Below, in pieces: positions 50,273-59,268 of a stretch of 64,000 bases of DNA (position 1 is the first letter of the stretch; the number at the start of each line of letters is the position of its first letter). The DNA lies in the NCBI GenBank assembly GCA_024276745.1, contig JAJRWN010000006.1:11926-75925 (forward strand), read 5' to 3'. The notes under the pieces are model-generated. The model ran no database searches. It was not told the DNA's origin and saw nothing but the letters and a program-made list of their open reading frames with translations. The stretch is from Bacteroidota bacterium. Its GTDB lineage: Bacteria; Bacteroidota; Bacteroidia; Chitinophagales; S012-47. Made by a program: the position numbers and the translations under genes.

Positions 50273-51133
50273 ATGAATAAAAGCCCGGTAATGATAACAG
50301 AATGCCCTAGGGATGCCATGCAGGGTATTCATGATTGGATTCCAACAGAAATAAAAATCAAGTATATTAATTTGCTCTTAAAAGCCGGATTCAATATTAT
50401 TGATTTTGGAAGTTTTGTTGCTCCTTCGGCAGTGCCTCAAATGAAGGATACCGCCAAAGTATTGAAAGGGCTTGATTGGGATGAAGGGAAAGCTGATTTA
50501 TTAGCTATCGTAGGGAATGAACGCGGTGCAAAAGATGCACTCATGTTTGATCAAATTTCCTATCTGGGATTTCCGTTTTCTATTTCCGAAACCTTTCAAT
50601 TAAGAAATTTAAACAGCAGTATTGAAGATTCAATGAAAAGGGTATCGGGTATTATTACCCAATGCGATTCGTTGAATAAAAAACTTGTAGTATATATTTC
50701 AATGGCTTTTGGCAATCCTTATGGCGAACATTGGAATCCTGACATTGCGATAGTCTGGATTGAGCAACTGATGCAAATGGGGGTTAAATATATCTCTTTG
50801 GCCGATACGGTGGGCATGGCAAAACCCTTTGATATTCAAAACTTACTTAAAACCTTAATAGCTGAATTTCCTAAACTACGCTTTGGTATTCATTTACATA
50901 CAACACCTTACAATTGGGAAGAAAAAGTGCATGCCGCTTTTATGGGAGGGTGCCGGCAATTTGATGTGGCCATAAAAGGCTTTGGAGGTTGTCCTATGGC
51001 GCAAGATGATTTGATAGGTAATCTTGCTACAGAAAACTTATTAGCATATCTATCAAAGGAAAAATATTTTTCAGCTATCGATCAATCAATAGTTTTGCAG
51101 GCCGGCAAAATGGCTATTCAAATGATGGCTTAA
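50273..51133 (+). CDS. hydroxymethylglutaryl-CoA lyase
   Basis: 286-aa TIM-barrel lyase with an N-terminal 'ITECPRDAMQG' (PRD-x-x-Q motif) and 'ISLADTVG'. Confidence 0.8.
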   Translation: MNKSPVMITECPRDAMQGIHDWIPTEIKIKYINLLLKAGFNIIDFGSFVAPSAVPQMKDTAKVLKGLDWDEGKADLLAIVGNERGAKDALMFDQISYLGFPFSISETFQLRNLNSSIEDSMKRVSGIITQCDSLNKKLVVYISMAFGNPYGEHWNPDIAIVWIEQLMQMGVKYISLADTVGMAKPFDIQNLLKTLIAEFPKLRFGIHLHTTPYNWEEKVHAAFMGGCRQFDVAIKGFGGCPMAQDDLIGNLATENLLAYLSKEKYFSAIDQSIVLQAGKMAIQMMA

Positions 51134-51802
51134 TCAATTTCTTGCACCAAAAATGGCCGATCCTATTCTGATTAAAGTGCTGCCTGATTCAAGTGCAATT
51201 TTATAATCACCCGACATACCCATGGATCGTTCTGAGAATGCTTGGTCTGATTTAAAATACTTTTGCTTGAGACATTGGAATAGTTTGTATAAGCTGTTAA
51301 ACTCTGAACGGATTTGATCTTCATTATCCGTATTGGTAGCCATACCCATTAACCCACAAATTCTGATGTTTTGAAAAGCTTTCCACGATCCACTGTCAAG
51401 ATAATCAATCAATTCACTATCGGAAAATCCAAATTTTGTATCTTCTTTGGCTATATGAACTTGCAATAAACAATCAATAACACGATTGTTTCTGGCAGCT
51501 TGTTTATTGATTTCCTGCAATAGTTTTGCTTGGTCAACACCATGAATCATAGCAACGAATGGTGCGATATATTTTACTTTGTTGCGTTGAAGATGACCAA
51601 TCATATGCCATTCGATATCCTTAGGAAGCAAGTCTTGCTTTTTAAGGATTTCCTGAACCCTGTTTTCACCGAAAAGGCGTTGTCCTTCTTCATAAAGCTT
51701 CAAAATGGCTTCTACCGGTTTTGTCTTTGACACAGCCACCAAACGGGCATTAGCTTTTCGGGCGTTTTTAAGAATGATTTTATAATGGCTATTGCTGTTC
51801 AT
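51134..51802 (-). CDS. yggS: YggS-family pyridoxal phosphate homeostasis protein
   Basis: 222 aa with the PLP lysine context 'LVAVSKTKP', plus 'HMIGHLQRNK' and 'LSMGMSGDY'. Its stop directly abuts the HMG-CoA lyase stop. Confidence 0.9.
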   Translation of the reverse strand: MNSNSHYKIILKNARKANARLVAVSKTKPVEAILKLYEEGQRLFGENRVQEILKKQDLLPKDIEWHMIGHLQRNKVKYIAPFVAMIHGVDQAKLLQEINKQAARNNRVIDCLLQVHIAKEDTKFGFSDSELIDYLDSGSWKAFQNIRICGLMGMATNTDNEDQIRSEFNSLYKLFQCLKQKYFKSDQAFSERSMGMSGDYKIALESGSTLIRIGSAIFGARN

Positions 51803-51826
51803 CTGGATTTAATGCACTAAAATCTG

Positions 51827-51834
51827 TAACTTTG
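51827..51834 (+). promoter_or_regulatory. -7 promoter box (TAacTTTG)
   Basis: Exact TAnnTTTG 12 nt upstream of ATG 51847. It overlaps the TTG 51832 start in the ORF track, which argues for the 51847 start. Confidence 0.35.
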
Positions 51835-51846
51835 CTTTTTCTACCT

Positions 51847-52212
51847 ATGCAAAAGTATTTGTCAATCGTTTTAATCTTGATGCTTCTACCGGCCTGTTCA
51901 GGCAACAAAGGTAAGCCTGCAAACAACATTTTGCAAACCGAAAAGATGATACCTGTTCTTGAGGATATTCATCTTGCCGAGGCATACGTATTTAATCAAC
52001 ATATGAATACAAATTTGAGTACTCAATGGTTAAATTATTATTATGATGTAATCTACCGGATTCACCAAACCGATTCTGTACAATTTAGCCAAAGTCTTGA
52101 TTATTATGAGTCAAAGCCCGAAAAGCTGCTTGATATCTACGATAAACTCCTTACAGATATGAGCATCAGGCAGGAAGCAATCAGTGAAGCCCTTTACGAT
52201 ACTATTAATTAA
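51847..52212 (+). CDS. small lipoprotein (DUF4296-like, tentative)
   Basis: Lipobox 'LMLLPACSG'; about 120 aa. The family name is from memory. Confidence 0.6.
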   Translation: MQKYLSIVLILMLLPACSGNKGKPANNILQTEKMIPVLEDIHLAEAYVFNQHMNTNLSTQWLNYYYDVIYRIHQTDSVQFSQSLDYYESKPEKLLDIYDKLLTDMSIRQEAISEALYDTIN

Positions 52213-52219
52213 GTGTTTA

Positions 52220-55200
52220 ATGAAATCCTTTAAAATATACTATATAGGGTATACCTTTTTTATAAGTCTGTTGGTATTTGCTTATTTTTTTTCTTCAAAA
52301 CACGAGCTGAAACCGTTTTGGAAAACTCAAAATGAAGACGAAACCATTTCGATGTATGACAGAATGGACTTGGCAATAAAGCAGGAGTTTGGGCATACCA
52401 TGGACCCGGCATTGGGTAAAGTCCCTCGAGAGCGATTACAAAGCGCTATGGCATATATCAAAAGTCATCAACACAGCCGGGCCGCCATATCGGGTATAAG
52501 CTGGAAAGAGCGAGGCCCTGATAATGTTGGCGGTCGCACCCGGGCCATTATGATTGATCCCAATGATGCAACAGGAAAAACGGTATTTGCCGGTAGTGTC
52601 GGTGGAGGGTTATGGAAAACGACCGATATAACCGTGAAAAATCCATCTTGGTCGCCTGTCAATGATTTAATGGCAAATCTTGCTATCACTTGTCTGGCTT
52701 ACGACCCGGGCACAACTACAACCATGTATTTTGGCACCGGTGAAGGCTGGTTTAACCTCGATGCGATTAAAGGTGACGGTATTTTTAAATCAACCAATAG
52801 CGGAACAAGCTGGACGCAATTATCCAGTACAACAGGTTCTACTTTTGACTATATTCAAAAAATTGTAGTGACTTCTTCAGGAACTGTTTTGGCCGCTACC
52901 AGAAGTGGTGGTATTCAACGCTCAACCAATGGGGGTACTTCGTGGACTTCTGTTCAATCTGGTAGGATAGCCGATTTGGAAATAGCTGCCAATGGTGACA
53001 TTTTTGCTTCTATCGGCATTTTTACTACTGACGGTATCTATAAATCTACCGATGACGGGGCTACATGGACAAAGCTGACTTCCGGGTTACCATCTTCAGG
53101 CTATTACAGGATAGAATTGGCTTGCGCACCATCCGATGCCAACCGGATTTATGCTTTGTTTTGTGATGCCAGTACCTATGATTGTTACGGTATTTATAAA
53201 TCTACCAATGGAGGTTCCTCCTGGACTTCGGTAACTAATCCGAATACATCGGGTGGAGGAAATTTTGCCAACGGACAGGCATGGTATAATTTGATTGCTG
53301 CCGTAGATCCAAATAATGCTGATCGTGTTTATATCGGTGGACTTGATGTTTTAGTCTCTTCTAATGCCGGCAGTTCCTGGACAGAGGTAAGCCAATGGTA
53401 TGGTAATGGATTTGAGTATATGCATGCCGATAATCATGCTATTGTTTACAAAACCGGTAGTTCATCTATCATTTATTTTGGCAATGACGGAGGCATTTAC
53501 GGCACAACGAATGGAAATACTTCTAGTCCGGATATAAAGCAAAAACTCTCAAGCTACGATGTTACCCAATTTTACGGTTGCGCTATTCATCCTACAGCTT
53601 ATACCGATTACTTTTTGGCAGGTGCTCAAGATAATGGTAGTCATCGTTTCAATTCTGCCGGAAATAAATCTACCGTTGAAGTGAGTGGGGGAGACGGTGC
53701 TTTTTGTAATATCGACCAAAACCAACCTAATTATCAGTTTACCCAATACGTTTACAATAATTATTACCGGAGTACCGATGGGGGTAAATCTTTTTCGCAA
53801 GTCATCAATAATAATAATGGGGTTTTTATTAACCCTTCAGATTACGATAATAGTGCGAATATATTATATGCAGCCTATACCAATGGGAATTATTTTAGAT
53901 GGGATAATCCTCAAACCGGTACTACCACAAAATCTATCGGTGCATCATTCACCGGTTATGTGTCGGCCGTAACGGTTGACCCGAATACATCAAACCGGGT
54001 TTGGTTTGGTACCGGTTATTACAATGGTATTAATGGTGGCTACGTGTATAAGGTGGACAATGCCAATACCAATAGCCCAACCGTAACGGATATGACATCG
54101 GCTTCCATGCCGGCCAACGGAAGTGTATCATGTATTGAAATTGAAAATGGAGATGCCAATCATTTGCTGGTAACTTTTTCAAACTATGGGGTTAGCTCGG
54201 TATGGGAAACGACTAATGGAGGCAGCTCATGGACAGCTGTTGAAGGCAATTTGCCCGATATGCCTGTCCGTTGGGCATTATTTAACCCAAACAATAATGC
54301 ACAAGCTTTACTCGCTACAGAATTGGGCGTGTGGTCTACCGATAATATTAACGGCACTTCTACCAACTGGGCAACTTCTAACAGCGGACTTGCCAATGTC
54401 CGGGTTGATATGTTGCAGTACAGAACATCCGATAAGCTTGTAATTGCTGCTACGCATGGAAGGGGGCTCTTTTCCTCCGATATATTTACCAGCGTTCATG
54501 CTGATTTTGATGCTGATAAAGTAAGAACCTATACCGGAAAAGCAGTTCAATTTACCGATGCTTCCTATAAAGCAAGCAGTTGGTCGTGGACTTTTGGAGA
54601 CGGTGGAACTTCAACAAGTCAAAATCCCAGTCACAGCTATTCCTCTCCGGGATGGTATAATGTGTCACTGAGCATTAACAGCGGGGCAAGCACAAAAACA
54701 AGGAATAATTATTTATTGGTATTGCCCAATAGAGGTACACCTTATCTGGCTGCTGACGGAGGGAATTTTGATGTAAATCCCAATGACTTTGGGGCTGATA
54801 CGATTTATGGAACGGGGTGGGAGCGCGGCTCTTCAACGGTGAGCGGGAAGCAAGGTACTTACAGCGGTTCTTATGCCTGGGTTACCGGACTGACAGCAAG
54901 CAATTATTATAACTCATCTGAAGCATATCTATATACACCTAATTTCAGCATGGCTGCCAGCGGAACCTATACTATTAAATTCAGGAGTAGATTCAAAACC
55001 GAATCAGCTTACGATGGATTCAGAGTGGAATATTCGCTCAATAAAGGCGATACATGGACTTATCTGGGCAGTTCCGGTGGCAGTTGGTATAATACGGCCA
55101 ATACCTCATTTCAAACTTCATTTCCGATCAATGAACCCTATTTCTCAGGCAATCTTTCTTCTGCTTTCAATCTGTATAGCTATAGTACCTCAAGCCTGGC

Positions 55201-55843
55201 CGGTAATGCAAACGTGGCTTTTCGAATAGCCTTTAAATCAGACAATACCGTAAACTATCCGGGGGTGGCTATCGATAATTTTGAAATTACCGGACCTACC
55301 AATTTGCTGGCTGCCGATATTTTATCTTTCAATGCCACTAGAGTGAGCAAGGATATACTTCTGAATTGGAAAAGCGATCAGGAAATAGATTTATCGGAAT
55401 ATATCTTGCAACGTTCTGATGATGGACTTCATTTTACCGACATTGGCAGTGTTCAATCCGGCAAAACAGCTTATAACTATCTTGATAAATTCGCCCCTGT
55501 TTCTATTTTGTATTATCGATTGAAAATGCTTGATAATGACGGTTCGCTAAACTATTCGGATTTGAAAAGTGTTGACCCTCTGCTTGAATCAATACCTCTT
55601 TCGTTGCAGGTTTATCCTAATCCTGCCTCCCACGTCTTGCATATTTCAACCATGAACGGCAAGAACAATCAGATGAAGCTTGTTGATATTTTCTCAATTG
55701 AGGGGAAACATATCGCACATTATGAATGGATTTCAAAAGATTTAAATCAGGCGATTGATGTTTCAAAATATTCTAAAGGGGAATACCTGCTGCTGCTTAC
55801 TCAGGGTTCAACGCAGCAAGTACGCCCTTGGTTTAAATACTAA
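52220..55843 (+). CDS. large secreted BNR/Asp-box beta-propeller protein with PKD-like and MAM-like domains and a T9SS C-terminal domain
   Basis: Seven Asp-box motifs (for example 'STNSGTSWTQL', 'STNGGTSWTSV', 'STDDGATWTKL', 'STNGGSSWTSV', 'SSNAGSSWTEV', 'TTNGGSSWTAV'). PKD-like 'WSWTFGDGGTSTSQNPSHSY'. T9SS tail 'VYPNPASHVLHIST...KGEYLLLL'. The likely start is ATG 52220; the ORF track opens at 52184. Confidence 0.8.
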   Translation: MKSFKIYYIGYTFFISLLVFAYFFSSKHELKPFWKTQNEDETISMYDRMDLAIKQEFGHTMDPALGKVPRERLQSAMAYIKSHQHSRAAISGISWKERGPDNVGGRTRAIMIDPNDATGKTVFAGSVGGGLWKTTDITVKNPSWSPVNDLMANLAITCLAYDPGTTTTMYFGTGEGWFNLDAIKGDGIFKSTNSGTSWTQLSSTTGSTFDYIQKIVVTSSGTVLAATRSGGIQRSTNGGTSWTSVQSGRIADLEIAANGDIFASIGIFTTDGIYKSTDDGATWTKLTSGLPSSGYYRIELACAPSDANRIYALFCDASTYDCYGIYKSTNGGSSWTSVTNPNTSGGGNFANGQAWYNLIAAVDPNNADRVYIGGLDVLVSSNAGSSWTEVSQWYGNGFEYMHADNHAIVYKTGSSSIIYFGNDGGIYGTTNGNTSSPDIKQKLSSYDVTQFYGCAIHPTAYTDYFLAGAQDNGSHRFNSAGNKSTVEVSGGDGAFCNIDQNQPNYQFTQYVYNNYYRSTDGGKSFSQVINNNNGVFINPSDYDNSANILYAAYTNGNYFRWDNPQTGTTTKSIGASFTGYVSAVTVDPNTSNRVWFGTGYYNGINGGYVYKVDNANTNSPTVTDMTSASMPANGSVSCIEIENGDANHLLVTFSNYGVSSVWETTNGGSSWTAVEGNLPDMPVRWALFNPNNNAQALLATELGVWSTDNINGTSTNWATSNSGLANVRVDMLQYRTSDKLVIAATHGRGLFSSDIFTSVHADFDADKVRTYTGKAVQFTDASYKASSWSWTFGDGGTSTSQNPSHSYSSPGWYNVSLSINSGASTKTRNNYLLVLPNRGTPYLAADGGNFDVNPNDFGADTIYGTGWERGSSTVSGKQGTYSGSYAWVTGLTASNYYNSSEAYLYTPNFSMAASGTYTIKFRSRFKTESAYDGFRVEYSLNKGDTWTYLGSSGGSWYNTANTSFQTSFPINEPYFSGNLSSAFNLYSYSTSSLAGNANVAFRIAFKSDNTVNYPGVAIDNFEITGPTNLLAADILSFNATRVSKDILLNWKSDQEIDLSEYILQRSDDGLHFTDIGSVQSGKTAYNYLDKFAPVSILYYRLKMLDNDGSLNYSDLKSVDPLLESIPLSLQVYPNPASHVLHISTMNGKNNQMKLVDIFSIEGKHIAHYEWISKDLNQAIDVSKYSKGEYLLLLTQGSTQQVRPWFKY

Positions 55844-55851
55844 ATTTAATT

Positions 55852-56238
55852 CTACATTCCTAATAAATACCATTTTCCATCGCGGTTGATGCATTTAATG
55901 CTTCCTTTATCACCATTTTTGAATTTTACCGGAACACTGGCTTTATCATCTTCAATACTTGCATCTCCTGTAACTTCTCAATCCTTGAAAAAGTCAACAA
56001 ATTTATCATGTAGATTTTCAGCAGCTCCACATATTTTTTCTACATCTTTATCACTTTCGCCTTCCGGATCGCATAAGGTGGATAAAATGCTCAAATCATC
56101 TGAATTGGCCGCATCAAAAATAGCCTGAACAACGCTTTCAGGACTGGCGTGTACATCAGTACTGCCAGCTGACGAACCACATGAACTCATCAACAACATG
56201 CTTGTTGAAATGAGTAATAAAAAAGTTAATTTTTTCAT
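55852..56238 (-). pseudogene. small lipoprotein gene interrupted by an in-frame TGA (codon at 55978..55980)
   Basis: ATG 56238 opens 'MKKLTFLLLISTSMLLMSSCGSS...DKFVDFFKD', then TGA. The same frame stays open for 41 more codons ('EVTGDASIEDDKASVPVKFKNGDKGSIKCINRDGKWYLLGM') to TAG at 55852..55854. The truncated 86-aa product (55978..56238) may still be made. Confidence 0.6.
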
Positions 56239-56464
56239 AATGTTAGTTTTGCCCTCAAGATAATTAATATTCACAAACAGCTCACTGTTTATTTTTCTGG
56301 GTGATGTGGATAATACCTTATGCTGCATTTGGATGATTTATTTTAACTTTAACAATACACAATTGCTTAATAACATGGAATATAGCTAATCTCTCTTCAG
56401 TAAGTTTTATTCTGAATATAATTAAATACAAAGGAATTATTCATTATTTACTAAAACTACGCTT

Positions 56465-56830
56465 ATGAAAAACATGAACAAAATCGGTCGAATGATTGTC
56501 GGCTTAATGTATCTCATCTTTGGTTTGGTACATATGATGAAAGCTTCAGAAATGGGAGGCATTGTACCAGATTGGATGCCCGGTACTGAAATATGGGTTT
56601 ATCTTATTGGTGTATTACTCATTATGGGAGGAGCTGCTCTGATTATTGATAAATTCACCTATCTGGCAGCTATGGGATTAGCTCTTCTGATGATGGTATT
56701 TATTCTTACACTTCATATTCCCGGACTTTTTAAAGAAGGTGTGGATATGATGGATGTAATGCCTATGCTACTCAAAGATATGGGTTTGATGGGGGCATGC
56801 CTGATTATTGCCCATGAAGCGAAATCTTAA
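56465..56830 (+). CDS. Met-rich small membrane protein (DoxX-like, tentative)
   Basis: 121 aa with four hydrophobic helices and 18 Met residues counted by eye. Confidence 0.6.
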   Translation: MKNMNKIGRMIVGLMYLIFGLVHMMKASEMGGIVPDWMPGTEIWVYLIGVLLIMGGAALIIDKFTYLAAMGLALLMMVFILTLHIPGLFKEGVDMMDVMPMLLKDMGLMGACLIIAHEAKS

Positions 56831-56869
56831 TGGGATATTTTACTCAAGAGTATTAATTACATGAAAAGA

Positions 56870-56898
56870 AAGTGCGAAACTAATGCTTCGCACTTTTT
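56870..56898 (+). terminator. intrinsic terminator
   Basis: Hairpin AAGTGCGAA / TTCGCACTT (9 bp, 8-nt loop) running into TTTTT, 40 nt after the stop at 56830. Confidence 0.75.
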
Positions 56899-57070
56899 AT
56901 TTAACACCTCACAATCGTCTGCTATTTCTTACTGTCTTTATATTATCCTTTGGGTAGATCTTTTTTTATTGTTTTGTCGCGAATACAACTATTTAATGTT
57001 TTGTAAATGAGTTGTTTTACGGATTAAAATAAATAATGTTCAGATTTATCCTACAAAATAATTATTGGCA

Positions 57071-57562
57071 TTATTTTGTTGTAAAATAGACTAGCATAGT
57101 ATTGTTATGGTCGGAAATACTGAAGGGTGAAAGGTCAGTGTAAGGATGTATTCGATGATAGGGTATAACAAATTCGTAGATCCAGTATTGATGTCCAAAT
57201 AAGTCTGTTTTGGTTTCTTCCCAGTCAATTAATCCTGCTCTGAAACTGAAAGTATCCACATCAAGTTGTTTTATTCCGGGTGCTATAAGAGTGTCGTTGA
57301 TTTCAATTTGCAAATTGGGTGTTCCCGGAACAACATCGTAGTATATTTTGGAACCAATATCTCCAACTACAGCCAAATCAGGATTTGAAGCTCCGTTTAT
57401 GCCTGAATCCCATAACAGGCTATCGGTAGAGCGTAAACTATCCAGTTGAACGACTTCCACTTTTTGAATAACAACAGTATGAGCATTTCTTTTTTTGCAT
57501 CCTGAAGCAATGAGTAAAAACAAAAAGAAGGAGAGAAAAATAGAAGTTTTATTCTTCATCAT
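57071..57562 (-). CDS. hypothetical lipoprotein
   Basis: 163 aa with signal peptide and lipobox 'FLFLLIASGC'. I recognise no family. Confidence 0.6.
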   Translation of the reverse strand: MMKNKTSIFLSFFLFLLIASGCKKRNAHTVVIQKVEVVQLDSLRSTDSLLWDSGINGASNPDLAVVGDIGSKIYYDVVPGTPNLQIEINDTLIAPGIKQLDVDTFSFRAGLIDWEETKTDLFGHQYWIYEFVIPYHRIHPYTDLSPFSISDHNNTMLVYFTTK

Positions 57563-57589
57563 AATTAATTAAACAGCAAATTGAGTGTA

Positions 57590-58147
57590 TTAGAATTTAT
57601 ATCCTTTAATTTCATTTGCATTATACTCTAAACCCAGTCCCATAACAATACGATTTACAAAATTAAAATAGGCAACAATAAGCGTGGCATCTAAAATAGC
57701 CCGATCATCAAAATCAGAATTTATTAATAGATTCATAATTTCTGATGGCCGGTTGCTAGGGTCAATGGTTAAGCGCTCAGCCCATTCACACAGAATTTGA
57801 TCGGCAGTGTTAAGATCAAGCTTTTTAAAATTACGTTTAAGTTGTTCTACCCGTGAAGTATTTTTCCAGAAATGATTGAGTGCTTCCCCGTGATGTGCCT
57901 GACAGTATTCGCATTGATTGGCAGCCGATACTACGACACCAATCATTTCACGTTGATAGCGTTTTAAGGGCGATTGCCCAAACATGAGTGTCATATACAG
58001 CTTCATATGATCGATAATGCTATCAGGATTGAGACTTTGAATTTTATGTACTTCTGCAAGTTTTCCACGGCTCTTTTTTATTTGATCATAAATCTCTTTC
58101 AGTTTTCCGTCAGCTTGTTTTTCATCAATTACTTGTATATAAGCCAT
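57590..58147 (-). CDS. carboxymuconolactone decarboxylase (CMD)/AhpD-like peroxidase-related enzyme
   Basis: 185 aa with the CMD-type redox motif 'ANQCEYCQAHHGE'. Confidence 0.75.
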   Translation of the reverse strand: MAYIQVIDEKQADGKLKEIYDQIKKSRGKLAEVHKIQSLNPDSIIDHMKLYMTLMFGQSPLKRYQREMIGVVVSAANQCEYCQAHHGEALNHFWKNTSRVEQLKRNFKKLDLNTADQILCEWAERLTIDPSNRPSEIMNLLINSDFDDRAILDATLIVAYFNFVNRIVMGLGLEYNANEIKGYKF

Positions 58148-58164
58148 GGTATTTATTATTATGG

Positions 58165-59163
58165 TTAAAGACTGTGTTTCCGGTTTTTCATTAAGTTTTG
58201 AAGTGTCCAGATAACCGGTTTTTCAAAAGCTACGGACCGTTCTGGACATTTGTCAAGCAAACAATGGGGGCACGATAAAGGCAGGCATGGATCAGGATGG
58301 ATAATTGCTTCGGCATGATTTTCAAATAATTTGTTAAGCGTGTTTTCTATATGGTTTAATTCCTCATCCGACTCTTTCACAGATAAATACCATGGAACGG
58401 TAACATGGCAATCAATATGTAGCATGCTGCCATACTTTATGGCTCTTAAATTATGTACGTCTATACATTTTTTGCTCCGGTTATTGCTTAGGGCAATCAC
58501 CATTTTATCGAGTAATCCGTAATCTGCTTCATCCATAATGCCGGCTACCGATTTGCCGAGGATTCGATAGCCTGTTATGAGAATAATGACACCGAACAAA
58601 ATAGCCAGTACATTATCTAACCATTGGTAACCCGTCAGAAGCATAATCAGCAATCCAATCAATATGCCTGCTGACGAATAGGCATCAGATTGCAGGTGTT
58701 TACCATCTGCTTCGAGTGTGAGTGAATGCGATTGAATTCCTTTTTTTACCGCTATTCTTCCAATCAGGTAATTAATAATTCCCGATGAGGCGGTAAGTAT
58801 TATTCCTATATCAAGATTACTAAGTTCATGCGGATGGAAAAAATTGTAAATCGATTTTCCTATAATGGCAATACCTGCAATGCCAATTAATCCGCCTTCC
58901 ATGGATGCCGATATAAACTCAATCTTTCCATGGCCATAAGGATGATTTTCATCCCGTGGTCTTCCTGATATAATTAAACTATAAAGTGCAAAACTTCCTG
59001 CAAGTACGTTAATAATTGATTCCAGTGCATCGGTAAGAATGGCATTCGATCCGGTAAGATAAAAAGCGGAGAATTTGATAATCAGCAAGACTACACCTAT
59101 AATCAGTATCCAGATTTGCAGTTTTATATTTGATTTGTTTTTTGCTGATATATCAGTTTCCAT
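58165..59163 (-). CDS. cation diffusion facilitator transporter with a Cys-rich C-terminal tail
   Basis: 332 aa with six TM helices and CDF motifs 'ILTDALESIINV' and 'HLQSDAYSS'. A cytoplasmic domain is followed by 'CLPLSCPHCLLDKC'. Confidence 0.85.
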   Translation of the reverse strand: METDISAKNKSNIKLQIWILIIGVVLLIIKFSAFYLTGSNAILTDALESIINVLAGSFALYSLIISGRPRDENHPYGHGKIEFISASMEGGLIGIAGIAIIGKSIYNFFHPHELSNLDIGIILTASSGIINYLIGRIAVKKGIQSHSLTLEADGKHLQSDAYSSAGILIGLLIMLLTGYQWLDNVLAILFGVIILITGYRILGKSVAGIMDEADYGLLDKMVIALSNNRSKKCIDVHNLRAIKYGSMLHIDCHVTVPWYLSVKESDEELNHIENTLNKLFENHAEAIIHPDPCLPLSCPHCLLDKCPERSVAFEKPVIWTLQNLMKNRKHSL

Positions 59164-59185
59164 CCGAAGGTTTTATGCTAATCTG

Positions 59186-59193
59186 CAAAGGTA
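59186..59193 (-). promoter_or_regulatory. -7 promoter box (TAccTTTG on the minus strand)
   Basis: CAAAggTA on the plus strand, 22 nt upstream of the CDF start at 59163. Confidence 0.35.
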
Positions 59194-59268
59194 ATGAAGC
59201 TTCACGGAATTAAAACGATGCAGTTCTTAAAGTTTATGATCTGTAAATCAAATATTGAAATATGTCAT

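Noticed and set aside
55978-55980. Selenocysteine, or a reassigned TGA, as the explanation for the in-frame TGA in the lipoprotein gene.
   Set aside because: There is no Cys/redox context and no obvious hairpin just downstream. TGA clearly terminates other genes here and is the RF2-sensed stop in prfB. A nonsense mutation, an error or read-through remain the options.
56861-57010. A 49-aa ORF (MKRKCETNASHFLF...) in the 240-nt gap after the DoxX-like gene.
   Set aside because: It spans the intrinsic terminator hairpin at 56870..56898 and has Cys/Phe/Tyr-rich non-protein-like composition.
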